From an uncultured archaeon (GTDB taxonomy: Archaea > Micrarchaeota > Micrarchaeia > Micrarchaeales > CABMGC01): a stretch of DNA of 32,000 nucleotides. Below the pieces are notes generated by a model. It did no database searches. It had not been told where the DNA came from and saw only the letters and a program-made list of their open reading frames with translations. Location of the stretch: NCBI GenBank assembly GCA_963704435.1, contig OY969902.1, positions 720,001 through 752,000 of the forward strand, written 5' to 3'. Each line of letters starts with the position of its first letter. Within the stretch, counting starts at the first letter, position 1. This document shows, one piece after another, positions 1-9,073 of the stretch. A program made the translations under genes and the position numbers.

Positions 1-739
1 TGAGCTTTTTCACTGCCGCGATGTCAGGAGCGTTTGCCTTTAGAGTTATTATGTCACCGCCGACCTTCTTCTTCAGCGCGTCCGGGGTTCCCATGACTAC
101 GACTCTCCCTCGGTCTATTATCGCGACCCTGTCGCACAGGGTCTCCGCCTCCTCCATGTAGTGCGTCGTTATTATTATCGTGACCTTCTTCTCCGTGGAG
201 AGCTTCTTTATGTAGGTCCACAGGTGGATTCTGGTCTGCGGGTCGAGGCCCAGGGTCGGCTCGTCGAGGAACAGGACTTTCGGTTCATGCAGCAGGCCCC
301 TCGCCAGCTCCAGCCGGCGCCGCATCCCACCCGAATAGTTCTTCACGAACTCGCGCTGCCTGTCGCGCAGGTTCACAAGGCCGAGCACGTAGTCCATCCT
401 CTTGTTTATCTCCTTGGAAGGCACCCCGTACATGAGCCCGTGCAGGTACAGGTTCTCCCTGCCGGTCAGGGTGTCGTCCGAGCTCGGGTCCTGGAACACG
501 AAGCCTATTGACTTCCTCACTCTGCTAGGCTCGCGCCTTACGTCGTAGCCGTTGACTACGGCAGAGCCGCTCGTTGGCTGCACCAGCGTGGACAGCATTG
601 ATAGGGTCGTGGTCTTCCCCGCGCCGTTCGGGCCAAGGAGCCCGAATATCTCCCCATCGTTTATCTGGAGGTTTAGCCTGTCGACTGCCGTGAGGCGCCC
701 GAACTTCTTCGTGAGTTTCTTCGTCTCGATGATGTGCAC
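1..739 (-). CDS. ABC transporter ATP-binding protein, truncated by the window edge (C-terminus lies beyond position 1)
   Basis: Absent from the ORF track because it runs off the window. My minus-strand translation from GTG at 739-737 gives VHIIETKKLTKKFGRLTAVDRLNLQINDGEIFGLLGPNGAGKTT (Walker A), YSGGMRRRLELA (ABC signature), VLFLDEPTLGLD (Walker B) and TTHYMEEAE (H-loop). An in-frame stop lies upstream at 763-761. Plus-strand ORFs 161..511 and 552..782 are its mirror frames. Confidence 0.9.
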   Translation of the reverse strand, partial: MHIIETKKLTKKFGRLTAVDRLNLQINDGEIFGLLGPNGAGKTTTLSMLSTLVQPTSGSAVVNGYDVRREPSRVRKSIGFVFQDPSSDDTLTGRENLYLHGLMYGVPSKEINKRMDYVLGLVNLRDRQREFVKNYSGGMRRRLELARGLLHEPKVLFLDEPTLGLDPQTRIHLWTYIKKLSTEKKVTIIITTHYMEEAETLCDRVAIIDRGRVVVMGTPDALKKKVGGDIITLKANAPDIAAVKKL

Positions 740-760
740 GGCAACGCCCCTGAAGCAGGT

Positions 761-1237
761 TCAGTTTAGCTTAAACACATAAAAATTAAGAACCATTGCA
801 ATCGTGACCCAGGCGAGATACGGGAGCATGGCGTACGCGGCGGACTTGGAGACCCTGTATGATTTGAAGATCGTAACTGCGATTGCGATCCACAGCGCGA
901 GAATGCAAATCAGGCCGTACAGCGGCTTGCGGAGTCCGAAGAAGAGAACGGACCAGAGCACGTTGAGGGCGAGTTGGGTTCCGAAGGCAGTGATTGCGGA
1001 GTTAACTCCTCTCTTCCCGATGCCTCTCTTCCATACGAGGTAGAGCGACACGCCCATGAGCAGGTACAGCGCAGTCCAGACCGGTCCGAATAGCCAGCTC
1101 GGCGGAGTGAAGGAAGGCTTTGCAAGCCCCGCATACCATGTGGCGATAGACGGGATGGTGAATACAGACCCTATTACACCCGCTAACTCGCACAAAAGGA
1201 TAGCCGCCACGAGCTTTGCAAGGTCTTTTCGATTCAT
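761..1237 (-). CDS. tspO: TspO/MBR family tryptophan-rich sensory protein
   Basis: 158-aa multi-pass membrane ORF with family-typical WYAGLAKPSFTPPSWLFGPVWTALYLLMG, LALNVLWSVLFFG and LPYLAWVTIAMVLN segments. Confidence 0.9.
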   Translation of the reverse strand: MNRKDLAKLVAAILLCELAGVIGSVFTIPSIATWYAGLAKPSFTPPSWLFGPVWTALYLLMGVSLYLVWKRGIGKRGVNSAITAFGTQLALNVLWSVLFFGLRKPLYGLICILALWIAIAVTIFKSYRVSKSAAYAMLPYLAWVTIAMVLNFYVFKLN

Positions 1238-1250
1238 ACAATCCCTCGCA

Positions 1251-1796
1251 TTAAACTATGAGCCGGACTTGTTTTATGCTGTTTTTTGTGACCAAATAAT
1301 AGCAGATATTACCCGCGCCGATCCTGCTCCTTATGTAATCTATGTTGTCCTTTTTGTCTTCATAAAACTCCAGTGCGCGATATTTCTTCAAGTAGTGCTT
1401 GATCTTTCGCAGCTTCCATTCTTCATCTGGAAGGGCAAGGTCACGCCTTGCATCGATTCCCCGGATTCTTACACCGTGCTTCTTTATGAGATCCAGAGTG
1501 TCGCCGTGTCGGTTTTTCAAGCGGGCGGTAAGCACAATCACATCGTAGCCCTTCCTTGACCTTCGTAAGCGATTCAGCAGCAGGCCATTCGGCTTGCTTT
1601 CATGCTTGTATTTAGAGAATGCCAGGGCGTATACTTTGGACTTCACGGGCCGGGGCAGCTTCCTTATCTGCCTCTTGCTCAGGTTCCTTCTGCCAAGAAG
1701 TTCTTCCGCAGCCTTCCTTACGGCTCCATGGGTGAAAAACAGTGTGTCGTCGAAATCAAGGAGTATGAGCTTCCCTCTTTTATTCATGACCATCAA
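1251..1796 (-). CDS. HAD-superfamily hydrolase-like protein
   Basis: 181-aa ORF. The N-terminal KLILLDFDDTLF matches HAD motif I (DxDxT), and VIVLTAR fits the motif II Thr. The exact start among MMVM is uncertain. Confidence 0.6.
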   Translation of the reverse strand: MMVMNKRGKLILLDFDDTLFFTHGAVRKAAEELLGRRNLSKRQIRKLPRPVKSKVYALAFSKYKHESKPNGLLLNRLRRSRKGYDVIVLTARLKNRHGDTLDLIKKHGVRIRGIDARRDLALPDEEWKLRKIKHYLKKYRALEFYEDKKDNIDYIRSRIGAGNICYYLVTKNSIKQVRLIV

Positions 1797-1916
1797 CTTA
1801 TCTATGCGCGAATCTAGCCTGTATGATTGATACCTAAATTAGTTTTATATGGGTGCCTGCGACCCTGTGCTAAAACAACGATAATACTTATTAAAGGGAA
1901 AAAAACAAGGTAATTG

Positions 1917-2780
1917 ATGGATATGGCTGAACGCTCGTCTTTCAAGATGTTCATAACCCCTGACGATTTCGCTAAGAAGGTGAATCCTGGCGAGGGATTA
2001 AAGCCCCTCCTGGAGGAAGTGGTGGCCGTCGTTTCTCCAAGGGACATATCACGGCTGTACGCGACCAGCGGGAACGGCGAGCGCACCCTGGCCATGAATC
2101 TCATGCCTAACGATGAACTGGTGAACCTTTTCAGGCACGTCTGTAATGGCGATGGCAAGCGAGTCTATAAGGATGCGGAAATCGGAATAGGTACTAGGGC
2201 ATCGCCCAAACGTGCGATGAATATCCAGACATTCGTCCAGGCGGACAAGCTTATCGGATTTAGCGGGCTTGTGGGGCTGATAGACCATTTCGACAATCCA
2301 GGGATAAGCAAGATGCCCGCATCCATCTTGACAATCACTAGTGGCGGGGAAAAATACATGGCCCTCTACATACCGGCAATCGTAGAAGCCATACCTAAAG
2401 AGAGGTTCAATGTGCCGCTCACCCTCCTAAAGGAGCGCGTGCGGGAAGAGCCCACCATGACCCTGCCTGTATTTAATGTTGGACCTGTGACTATCGACTT
2501 GAAGGAATTTGTCAAGCACGTCGAAGAGATTCTTGCTACCTCTGGGGAGGTGATTCAGATCGTTCGGGATGGGGCTCACCGCTCTTGCCTGGTCAATCTT
2601 GCCGGGACGACGCTGCACGCGGTCGAGATTCGCAAATCGGATGCGCTGCCGACAGGCGCACCAGTCCCGGTGAACGAGATGCGGGTTACCTCGCAGAAAC
2701 CCGAGAGGCTTGAAGATAGGTATCCCGGTTATGTTAAAGATAGCTGGCTAAACTTCAAAGAAATAGGAATTGACGGCTGA
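1917..2780 (+). CDS. Hypothetical protein with a ParB/Srx-like DGxHR motif near the C-terminus
   Basis: Long ORF (the track starts at TTG 1914; the first ATG is at 1917). A TATA-like cttattaaa lies about 25 nt upstream. The only recognisable element is QIVRDGAHRSCLVNLAG, which resembles the DGxHR core of ParB/sulfiredoxin-fold domains. No other family is recognised. Confidence 0.55.
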   Translation: MDMAERSSFKMFITPDDFAKKVNPGEGLKPLLEEVVAVVSPRDISRLYATSGNGERTLAMNLMPNDELVNLFRHVCNGDGKRVYKDAEIGIGTRASPKRAMNIQTFVQADKLIGFSGLVGLIDHFDNPGISKMPASILTITSGGEKYMALYIPAIVEAIPKERFNVPLTLLKERVREEPTMTLPVFNVGPVTIDLKEFVKHVEEILATSGEVIQIVRDGAHRSCLVNLAGTTLHAVEIRKSDALPTGAPVPVNEMRVTSQKPERLEDRYPGYVKDSWLNFKEIGIDG

Positions 2781-2805
2781 AAAGCACAAAGTGTTGCGGC
2801 CGCAG

Positions 2806-3714
2806 CTAGTACATCTGCTCCAGTCTCTTTATCCTGTCAGCGATGGGCGGGTGCGTGGAGAACAGGTTCGTCACGCTCGCCGCCTTCAGCGGGTTAGATA
2901 TGTAGAGCGAAGCGGTTATCTCGTTGACGTGCTTCATTGGAGGCGTCTTCGGGCTCGCGGAGTAGGCCTGTATCTTCTTCAGCGCGTGCGCGAGCGACGC
3001 CGGGTCCCTCGTTATCCTTGCGCCGTTGGCATCGGCCATGTACTCCCTCCTCCGGGATATGGCGAGCCTTATCAGGAGCGCGATGAAGGGCGCGAGCAGG
3101 CCGATCACGAGGCCGATGATGACTATCAGTCCGGCATTGTCCCTGCTCCTTCCTCCTCCCATCCCGACTCCTCCGAAGAGCAGCGTGGTCCGTATGAGCG
3201 CGGCGATGAGGCCTATCGCGCCCGCGAACACAACCGCCACCATCATGAACTGTATGTCGTTGTTGTAGATGTGGGACATCTCGTGCGCCAGCACGCCCTC
3301 GAGCTCGTGCCTGTCCATCATCGACAGCAGTCCGCTCGTGACGGCTATGGCCGATACCTTCCTGTTCTTCCCGGTCGCGAATGCGTTTGGGCTGGGGTCG
3401 TTGATCACGTAGATCTTCGGCACGGGCAGCTGCGAGGCCAGCGCCAGGCCCTCGACTATGCTGAAGAGAGTCGGATACTGCTTCTGGTCGGCCGGCTTGG
3501 CTCCCGACATCTTGAGCACCAGCTTGTCCCCGGCGAAATACGTGAACGCCGCGTAGCCCAGGACTATGATCAGCCCGAGAAGGAGCCCGAATATCCCTCC
3601 GCCTACGAAGAGCACGAATATGTAGACTATCGCCATGAACAGCGCTCCGAAGAGCAGCATCAGCCCTAGGGACTTCAGCTTGTTCCGCGCTATCTCGTCA
3701 AAGAAGCTGGCCAT
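2806..3714 (-). CDS. htpX: HtpX-type M48 zinc metalloprotease (membrane)
   Basis: 302 aa with N-terminal TM helices, the HEMSH zinc motif (LAHEMSHIYNND), further TM helices, then REYMADANGARIT and a C-terminal STHPPIADRI, typical of HtpX. Confidence 0.93.
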   Translation of the reverse strand: MASFFDEIARNKLKSLGLMLLFGALFMAIVYIFVLFVGGGIFGLLLGLIIVLGYAAFTYFAGDKLVLKMSGAKPADQKQYPTLFSIVEGLALASQLPVPKIYVINDPSPNAFATGKNRKVSAIAVTSGLLSMMDRHELEGVLAHEMSHIYNNDIQFMMVAVVFAGAIGLIAALIRTTLLFGGVGMGGGRSRDNAGLIVIIGLVIGLLAPFIALLIRLAISRRREYMADANGARITRDPASLAHALKKIQAYSASPKTPPMKHVNEITASLYISNPLKAASVTNLFSTHPPIADRIKRLEQMY

Positions 3715-3724
3715 CCGCTACCAC

Positions 3725-4399
3725 TCAGCCCTTCCGGTTCTTGCTGCCTGCGGTCTTCGCCGTCTTCTTCGCCTTTGCCGGCGCCGCCTTCCTGGCCTTA
3801 GCAGGCGCGGCCTTCGCAGGGACCCCTCCAGCCTCTTCGGTGTCGCTGAAGTCAACCTTTACCGGCTCCTTCGCGCCCTCCTCGGCCTGGAAGTAGTCCT
3901 GCCTCTTGAAGCCCAGCGGCCCAGCGAGCACGTTGCCCGGGAACTGCTGTATCGCGTTGTTGTAGTCGAGGACGTAGTCGTTGTAGGATGTCCTGACGAA
4001 CGATATCCTGTCCTCAGTGTTCTCCAGCTCGGTCTGCAGGTTCTTGAACGTCTCCGATGCCTTCAGGTCCGGGTAGTTCTCAGCGACCGCGAACACGCTC
4101 TTCAGCGCCGTGCTGAGCTGGTTGTTGGCCGTGGCCTTGTCCTGCACTGAGCCTGAGACTATCGAGCTCCTGAGCTGCGTTATCTGCGTCAGCGTGCCCT
4201 TCTCGTACTTCATGTAGCCCTTGACGGTCTGCACGAGGTTCGGTATGAGGTCGTACCTCCTCTTCAGCTGAACGTCTATCTGCGCCCAGGCGTCCTGCAC
4301 CCTGTTGCGCTTGGAGACCAGCCCGTTGAACATCAGCACTATGATGAGCAGCACCAGCGCCACTATCCCTACGACTATCCAGGCAAAAAGCGACATCAT
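3725..4399 (-). CDS. lemA: LemA family protein
   Basis: 224 aa with an N-terminal TM helix, then KRNRVQDAWAQIDVQLKRRYDLIPNLV and YNDYVLDYNNAIQQFPGNVLA, typical LemA blocks. It sits directly upstream of htpX, a common pairing. Lys/Ala-rich C-terminal tail. Confidence 0.92.
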   Translation of the reverse strand: MMSLFAWIVVGIVALVLLIIVLMFNGLVSKRNRVQDAWAQIDVQLKRRYDLIPNLVQTVKGYMKYEKGTLTQITQLRSSIVSGSVQDKATANNQLSTALKSVFAVAENYPDLKASETFKNLQTELENTEDRISFVRTSYNDYVLDYNNAIQQFPGNVLAGPLGFKRQDYFQAEEGAKEPVKVDFSDTEEAGGVPAKAAPAKARKAAPAKAKKTAKTAGSKNRKG

Positions 4400-4439
4400 G
4401 TTATCAGCCTTATTTCCATTCTAAAGCTTAAAAGCCTAC

Positions 4440-4823
4440 CTATCTGGAATCTGCCAGGAAGGAGCAGTTACCTGCGTCTGGATCGTCGTTCCTGACGAGA
4501 GGCATGATTAGCGGAGAGAGGACCACAGCCAGATCATTCAGAACCTCCGGAGGCACCTTGAGCCCCATCCGTTCAATCTGGTTTGCCGCTCTCAGGACTC
4601 CGTCGCACGGCACCTCGATAGGCGCACGCTTCCCCTCATCCCCACAAGCCGCGATTTCAGATATTATTCCTTTCACGTCTTGCATTTTTGCAGCGTCCAC
4701 AAGTCTCCCGATCACATCAAGCTTCTTTGATGCAGCAATCACGTCATTAACCGGCACGGAGACATCATGGAATCGCGCCGCGTCTTGTTGGGTTACCCTG
4801 ACGTTTATTTTAGATTCTGCCAT
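4440..4823 (-). CDS. Hypothetical protein
   Basis: 127-aa ORF on the same strand as its neighbours, filling the gap between the LemA and YgjP-like genes. No recognisable motif. Confidence 0.55.
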   Translation of the reverse strand: MAESKINVRVTQQDAARFHDVSVPVNDVIAASKKLDVIGRLVDAAKMQDVKGIISEIAACGDEGKRAPIEVPCDGVLRAANQIERMGLKVPPEVLNDLAVVLSPLIMPLVRNDDPDAGNCSFLADSR

Positions 4824-4864
4824 CTCAGCCCCTGCTTATTTCTCTCGCGACTTATTATTAAAAC

Positions 4865-5539
4865 TTATTCTGCGAAGTTCCCTTCTAGGCTCAGCGTTTT
4901 CTGGAACCCTTTGCTTTGCTCCTGCGCCTTCGCAGCTGGCTTCGGCGGGGCCAGCCTTCCCCCGTTCTCCCTCAGCCACTTCCTCCGCTCCCTGTATTCG
5001 GGGACAGCGGTCCCGACGAGGTTCCAGAAGCCCCTGGAGTGGTTCAGCTCCTTGACGTGCGCCAGCTCGTGCACTATGACGTAATCGAGTATCTCGGGAG
5101 GCGCGAAGAGCAGCCTGAAGTTGATGGATATGGTGTTCGTGGCCTTAGAGTAGCTGCCCCATCTGGTGCGCTGGTCCTTTATCCGCACCGGCCCGAGCTC
5201 GAACCCGAAGTGGCTCGAGTTGAGCGCGTTTACGCGGAGCGCCAGATCAGGAAGGACGCAGCGGGACATTGCCTTCCTGGCGAGCGCGCTGACGTGGCGG
5301 TTCCTATCCCTGGCGCTGAGCCCCTGGGCAAGGGCTATGTCGACCCTCCCGTTGGACAGGCGCACGCGGGACGAGCTGCCGCTCCCCTCGCTGACGCTGA
5401 CCGCGAAGTTATGTCCCAGTAGCGAAAGCTCCTGCCCGTCGCGGAACTTCAGGAGGGCGGGCGCTCCCGTCCCGTAGCGGCGCACCCTCACCCTCCGCAT
5501 CCTCGTAGGCCCGAATCCAAATAGCGTCCATAGGTCCAT
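4865..5539 (-). CDS. YgjP-like (DUF45/M48-related) metal-dependent hydrolase
   Basis: 224 aa. RWGSYSKATNTISINFRLLFAPPEILDYVIVHELAHVKELNHSRGFWNLV matches the WGSC...HELxHL...NHSxxFW signature of the YgjP family. Confidence 0.85.
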   Translation of the reverse strand: MDLWTLFGFGPTRMRRVRVRRYGTGAPALLKFRDGQELSLLGHNFAVSVSEGSGSSSRVRLSNGRVDIALAQGLSARDRNRHVSALARKAMSRCVLPDLALRVNALNSSHFGFELGPVRIKDQRTRWGSYSKATNTISINFRLLFAPPEILDYVIVHELAHVKELNHSRGFWNLVGTAVPEYRERRKWLRENGGRLAPPKPAAKAQEQSKGFQKTLSLEGNFAE

Positions 5540-5619
5540 GCAAGCACACCGGTCGCTGCGGTCGCAATAGCTATATGCGGAATGGGATTAAAAAATCCAG
5601 ACTTCGCCCCAGAGGGACC

Positions 5620-7008
5620 CTATTTCGCGATTATCTCGTAGCCTTCGGGGGTGTCCTCCACCTTGAACCCCTTTTCCGCAATCCTTTTCCTAAGCTCGTC
5701 AGAAAGTTTCCAGTCCCTCTTCTTCCTGGCGGCCTCACGCTCCTCAGCCAAATCGCGTATCTCCTGCGGGATGCGGGCCTCCTTCAGAGAATCGAGTCCG
5801 AGTCCGAACACCCTATCATATTTCATCGCGGACGCGTACTTGTCGGAAGGGGAAACTTTAGGGTCCTTCAGGAGCTCGTGCAGCACGCGCAGCGCCTCGT
5901 GCGTGTTAAGGTCGTCGTTTATGCTCTCCAGGAACCTCTTGTCGTACTCCTTCAGGCCCCTGCTTTTGGTTTTTGCCGAGTGCGCAGCCTCATTCTTTAG
6001 CCCAATCAGGTCCTTCTTCAGTCTGGCGAAGTCCGCTTTGGCTACCGCGAGCTTGTCCCAACTGAAGACCAGGCTTTTCCTGTAGTTGGTTCCCAGGCAA
6101 TAGTACCTGTACTCAAGGGGCTCGAAGCCCTTTTGGACCACCCTGTTGAGCGTCAGGAACTCCCCCACCGACTTCGACATTTTTCCGTTCTCAGTTATGA
6201 GGTGCTGGCTGTGCAGCCAGTAGTTCACGAACTTCTTGCCGGTGGCCGCCTCGCTCTGCGCGATCTCGTTCGTATGGTGTATCGGTATGTGGTCTATGCC
6301 TCCGCAATGGATGTCGAAGTGTTTGCCGAGGTATTTCATGCTCATCGCGCTGCACTCTATGTGCCAGCCAGGGAAACCCGTGCCCCAAGGGCTTTCCCAT
6401 TCCATCTGCCTCTTCTTGTCCTTCGGGCTGAACTTCCACAGCGCGAAATCGGTGCTGTTCCTCTTCTCCTTGAGGCTTACTCTCTTCCCTGCCTCAAGGC
6501 CCTCCTTCTTCAGCCGCGCCATCTTCCCGTAGCCCTCGAACTTCATGCTGTCGAAGTATATGCCGTCCGAGGTCCTGTAGGTGTAACCCTTCCTCTCCAG
6601 TTCCTTGATCAGGTCTATCTGCTCCTTGATGTGGTCCGTCGCCTTGCATACGACCGTGGGCTTCAGGATGTTGAGCCTCCTGCAGTCGTCGAAGAAGGCC
6701 TTGGTGTACTCATCGGCTATCACCCAGGCGCTCTTCCCCTCTCGCAGCGCCCCTTTCTCCATCTTGTCCATTCCTTCGTCGGAATCGGAAACGAGGTGGC
6801 CCACGTCCGTGACGTTCATCACGTGGGTGACCTTGAAGCCGTTGTATTCAAGGGACCTTTTCAGGACGTCCTCGAAGATGTAGGTCCTGAGGTTGCCTAT
6901 GTGGGCGTAATCGTAGACCGTCGGGCCGCAGGTGTACAGTCCCACCTTCCCAGGATGGATCGGAACGAACCTCGTCTTGCGACCAGAGAGCGTGTTATAG
7001 AAGCGCAT
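5620..7008 (-). CDS. cysS: Cysteine--tRNA ligase
   Basis: 462 aa. N-terminal FYNTLSGRK...[20 protein letters not shown] (HIGH-type motif), WHIECSAM, and [10 protein letters not shown] (KMSKS). Confidence 0.97.
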   Translation of the reverse strand: MRFYNTLSGRKTRFVPIHPGKVGLYTCGPTVYDYAHIGNLRTYIFEDVLKRSLEYNGFKVTHVMNVTDVGHLVSDSDEGMDKMEKGALREGKSAWVIADEYTKAFFDDCRRLNILKPTVVCKATDHIKEQIDLIKELERKGYTYRTSDGIYFDSMKFEGYGKMARLKKEGLEAGKRVSLKEKRNSTDFALWKFSPKDKKRQMEWESPWGTGFPGWHIECSAMSMKYLGKHFDIHCGGIDHIPIHHTNEIAQSEAATGKKFVNYWLHSQHLITENGKMSKSVGEFLTLNRVVQKGFEPLEYRYYCLGTNYRKSLVFSWDKLAVAKADFARLKKDLIGLKNEAAHSAKTKSRGLKEYDKRFLESINDDLNTHEALRVLHELLKDPKVSPSDKYASAMKYDRVFGLGLDSLKEARIPQEIRDLAEEREAARKKRDWKLSDELRKRIAEKGFKVEDTPEGYEIIAK

Positions 7009-7066
7009 GGTAATTCTCCCGTAGGGAATATCCTGTTTATCTATTAAAACTTGTCTGGATGCGCGT

Positions 7067-8668
7067 TCAGAGCTCGGCCGCCCTTGCGGCGCAAGCGGCC
7101 ACGAATCCCACGAAGACGGGGCTGGGCCTCTCCAGCCTTGACGTGAACTCGGGATGGAACTGCGTGCCGAGATGGAACCTGTTCTTCCTGTATTCGGCTA
7201 TCTCCATAATCTTCCCATCGGAAAATGTGCCGGAGAAAGCAAGTCCCGCCTTCTCGAGTCTTTCGACGTATTTCGGGTTTACCTCGTACCTGTGCCTGAA
7301 CCTCTCCATCACCATCCCCTTTCCGTAGAGGCGGTAGGCGAGGCTCCCTTTCCTTATGTCCGTCTCCCTGGCTCCGAGCCGGTTTGTCGCACCCATCTCA
7401 GTGAGTCGCTGGTCCGGCATGAGCTCCACCACTGGGTGCTCGGTGTCAGGATCAGCCTCGGTAGAGTTGGCACCCTTTAGTCCGCAGACGTTCCTCGCAA
7501 ATTCCACAACCATGTACTGCATGCCGAAGCAGAGGCCGAGGTAGGGGATGTCATTCTCCCTCGCGTACCTTATGCACTGGACCTTGCCCTCGGTGCCCCT
7601 CGAGCCGTAGCCTCCCGGGACTATCACTCCGTCGCAGCCGTCGAGCGCGCCCACGCTCTCCTTACCGTCCTCTATGTCTGTGGTCTCGATCCACTTGAGC
7701 TTGACTGCGCGGTCGTTGTGCGCGCCTGCGTGCACGAGCGCCTCCTTGATGCTGGCATAGGAGTCCTTCAGGGCGGTGTACTTCCCGGTTATCGCGACCG
7801 TCACGCTGCCCTTCGGGTTCTTTATCCTCTCGACCAGCCCGCTCCATTTCTTCAGGTCTGGCTCCCTTGCCTTTATGCCGAGCTTGGCCGTTATGAGCCT
7901 GCCCATGCCCTGCCTCTCGAAGGATAGCGGCGCATCGTATATGGACGCGATGTCGGGATCGTCTATCACCGCCTCTGGAGCGACGTTGCAGAACATCGCT
8001 ATCTTCCTCCTGGCGTCCTGCGTCAGCTTGCCGTTCCCCCTGCACACTATTATCTCCGGCTGTATGCCGAGCCCCTGCAGGATCCTCGTGGCCTGCTGGG
8101 TCGGCTTGGTCTTCTGCTCCCCCACCGCATCAAGCGCTGGGACGTATGTCAGCTGTATGAAGAGCACATTGCCCCTCTCCTCCATCGCGAGCTGCCTCAT
8201 CGCCTCTATGAAGTACGAGTTCTCCATGTCCCCGACGGTCCCCCCTACTTCTATCATCACCACGTCGGCGCCGAAATCGCTGCCGACCTTCCTTACCCTG
8301 CCCTTGATGTCGTTCGTGAGATGCGGTATTATCTGGACGTCGGAGCCCAGGTAGTCGCCTTTCCTCTCCTTCTCTATGATGTGCCTGAACAGCTTGCCGC
8401 CTGTGATGCTGTTCTCGGAGTTGAAGTCCATATTCAGGAATCTCTCATAGGTCCCGAAGTCCATGTCGCACTCGCATCCGTCGCCGAGCACGAATACTTC
8501 CCCGTGCCTATACGGGTTCATGGTCCCGCAGTCCACGTTGAGGTATCCGTCGAACTTTATCGGAACTACCTTCAGGCCGCGCGCCTGTAGGCTCTTGCCT
8601 ATCGAGGCGGTGACTATCCCCTTGCCTAGCCCGCTCATTATCGAACCGAGTACTACGATATACTTCAC
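7067..8668 (-). CDS. pyrG: CTP synthase
   Basis: 533 aa with a GTG start. KYIVVLGSIMSGLGKGIVTASIG synthetase N-terminus, and a C-terminal glutamine amidotransferase domain with GLCFGMQ (catalytic Cys) and QFHPEF. Confidence 0.97.
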   Translation of the reverse strand: MKYIVVLGSIMSGLGKGIVTASIGKSLQARGLKVVPIKFDGYLNVDCGTMNPYRHGEVFVLGDGCECDMDFGTYERFLNMDFNSENSITGGKLFRHIIEKERKGDYLGSDVQIIPHLTNDIKGRVRKVGSDFGADVVMIEVGGTVGDMENSYFIEAMRQLAMEERGNVLFIQLTYVPALDAVGEQKTKPTQQATRILQGLGIQPEIIVCRGNGKLTQDARRKIAMFCNVAPEAVIDDPDIASIYDAPLSFERQGMGRLITAKLGIKAREPDLKKWSGLVERIKNPKGSVTVAITGKYTALKDSYASIKEALVHAGAHNDRAVKLKWIETTDIEDGKESVGALDGCDGVIVPGGYGSRGTEGKVQCIRYARENDIPYLGLCFGMQYMVVEFARNVCGLKGANSTEADPDTEHPVVELMPDQRLTEMGATNRLGARETDIRKGSLAYRLYGKGMVMERFRHRYEVNPKYVERLEKAGLAFSGTFSDGKIMEIAEYRKNRFHLGTQFHPEFTSRLERPSPVFVGFVAACAARAAEL

Positions 8669-8793
8669 GTCAACGCCCCCGAATTACAAGCCAAGCAAAT
8701 TATATATTTGGTTCATGCCAAAACGGTTATCGCGGTCTAACTGAGAAGATTTTATTTCGGAAGCTTGCGCTTATGGCTGGGGCGATATTTAGG

Positions 8794-8918
8794 CGCCAGG
8801 GCAGGGATTTGAACCCTGAAGCCCCGTGAGGGGCACCGGTTTTCATTGCATCACGAATCAGCTCTTGAGACGCTCTGCGCTCAAGACCGGCGCATTTACC
8901 GGATTCTGCCACCCTGGC
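8794..8918 (-). tRNA. tRNA-Ser(UGA), class II, with an approximately 38-nt intron after position 37
   Basis: Hand-folded from the minus strand. Acceptor GCCAGGG/CCCTGGC, discriminator G. Anticodon stem CCGGT/ACCGG with loop C-U-UGA-G-[intron]-A. Long variable arm TGCCCCTCACGGGGCTT. T-arm CAGGG-TTCAAAT-CCCTG. The intron (about 8842-8879) contains CTCAAGA, complementary to the anticodon-loop TCTTGAG. No encoded CCA. Confidence 0.85.
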
Positions 8919-8943
8919 ACGACAATATGTTCTCCTTTTTGAG

Positions 8944-8950
8944 TTATAAA
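8944..8950 (-). promoter_or_regulatory. Candidate TATA box for tRNA-Ser
   Basis: The minus strand reads GTTTATAAC, centred about 29 nt upstream of the tRNA 5' end at 8918. Confidence 0.4.
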
Positions 8951-9073
8951 CCTGAGCATGGCCAGACTGTGAAGGCAAGGCGTTTTGCCTTCTCTGTTTT
9001 CCTGTCCGCCAATTTGCCGATTTCCTGTCTGCGCAGTTCCCCAGAATAGGCATAAATAGCAGTTTTTCCATAT

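Noticed and set aside
2770-3669. Long ORFs antisense to recognised genes. Examples: 2770..3669 (+) over htpX, 3635..4150 (+) over lemA, 6133..7047 (+) over cysS, 13816..15000 (+) over leuS, 27578..28600 (-) over the ABC genes, and 27292..27804 (+) out of frame in the ABC ATPase.
   Set aside because: Each lies entirely within a gene that has strong family motifs on the other strand or frame. Their translations are Arg/His/Val/Leu/Pro-rich low-complexity strings, typical of shadow frames in GC-rich coding DNA.
8971-8992. Hairpin GAAGGCAA-N6-TTGCCTTC followed by a T-rich tract, between tRNA-Ser and ORF 9074.
   Set aside because: It sits between divergently oriented genes, so nothing obvious is transcribed into it. 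It is too short to assign as a terminator or ncRNA without expression data.
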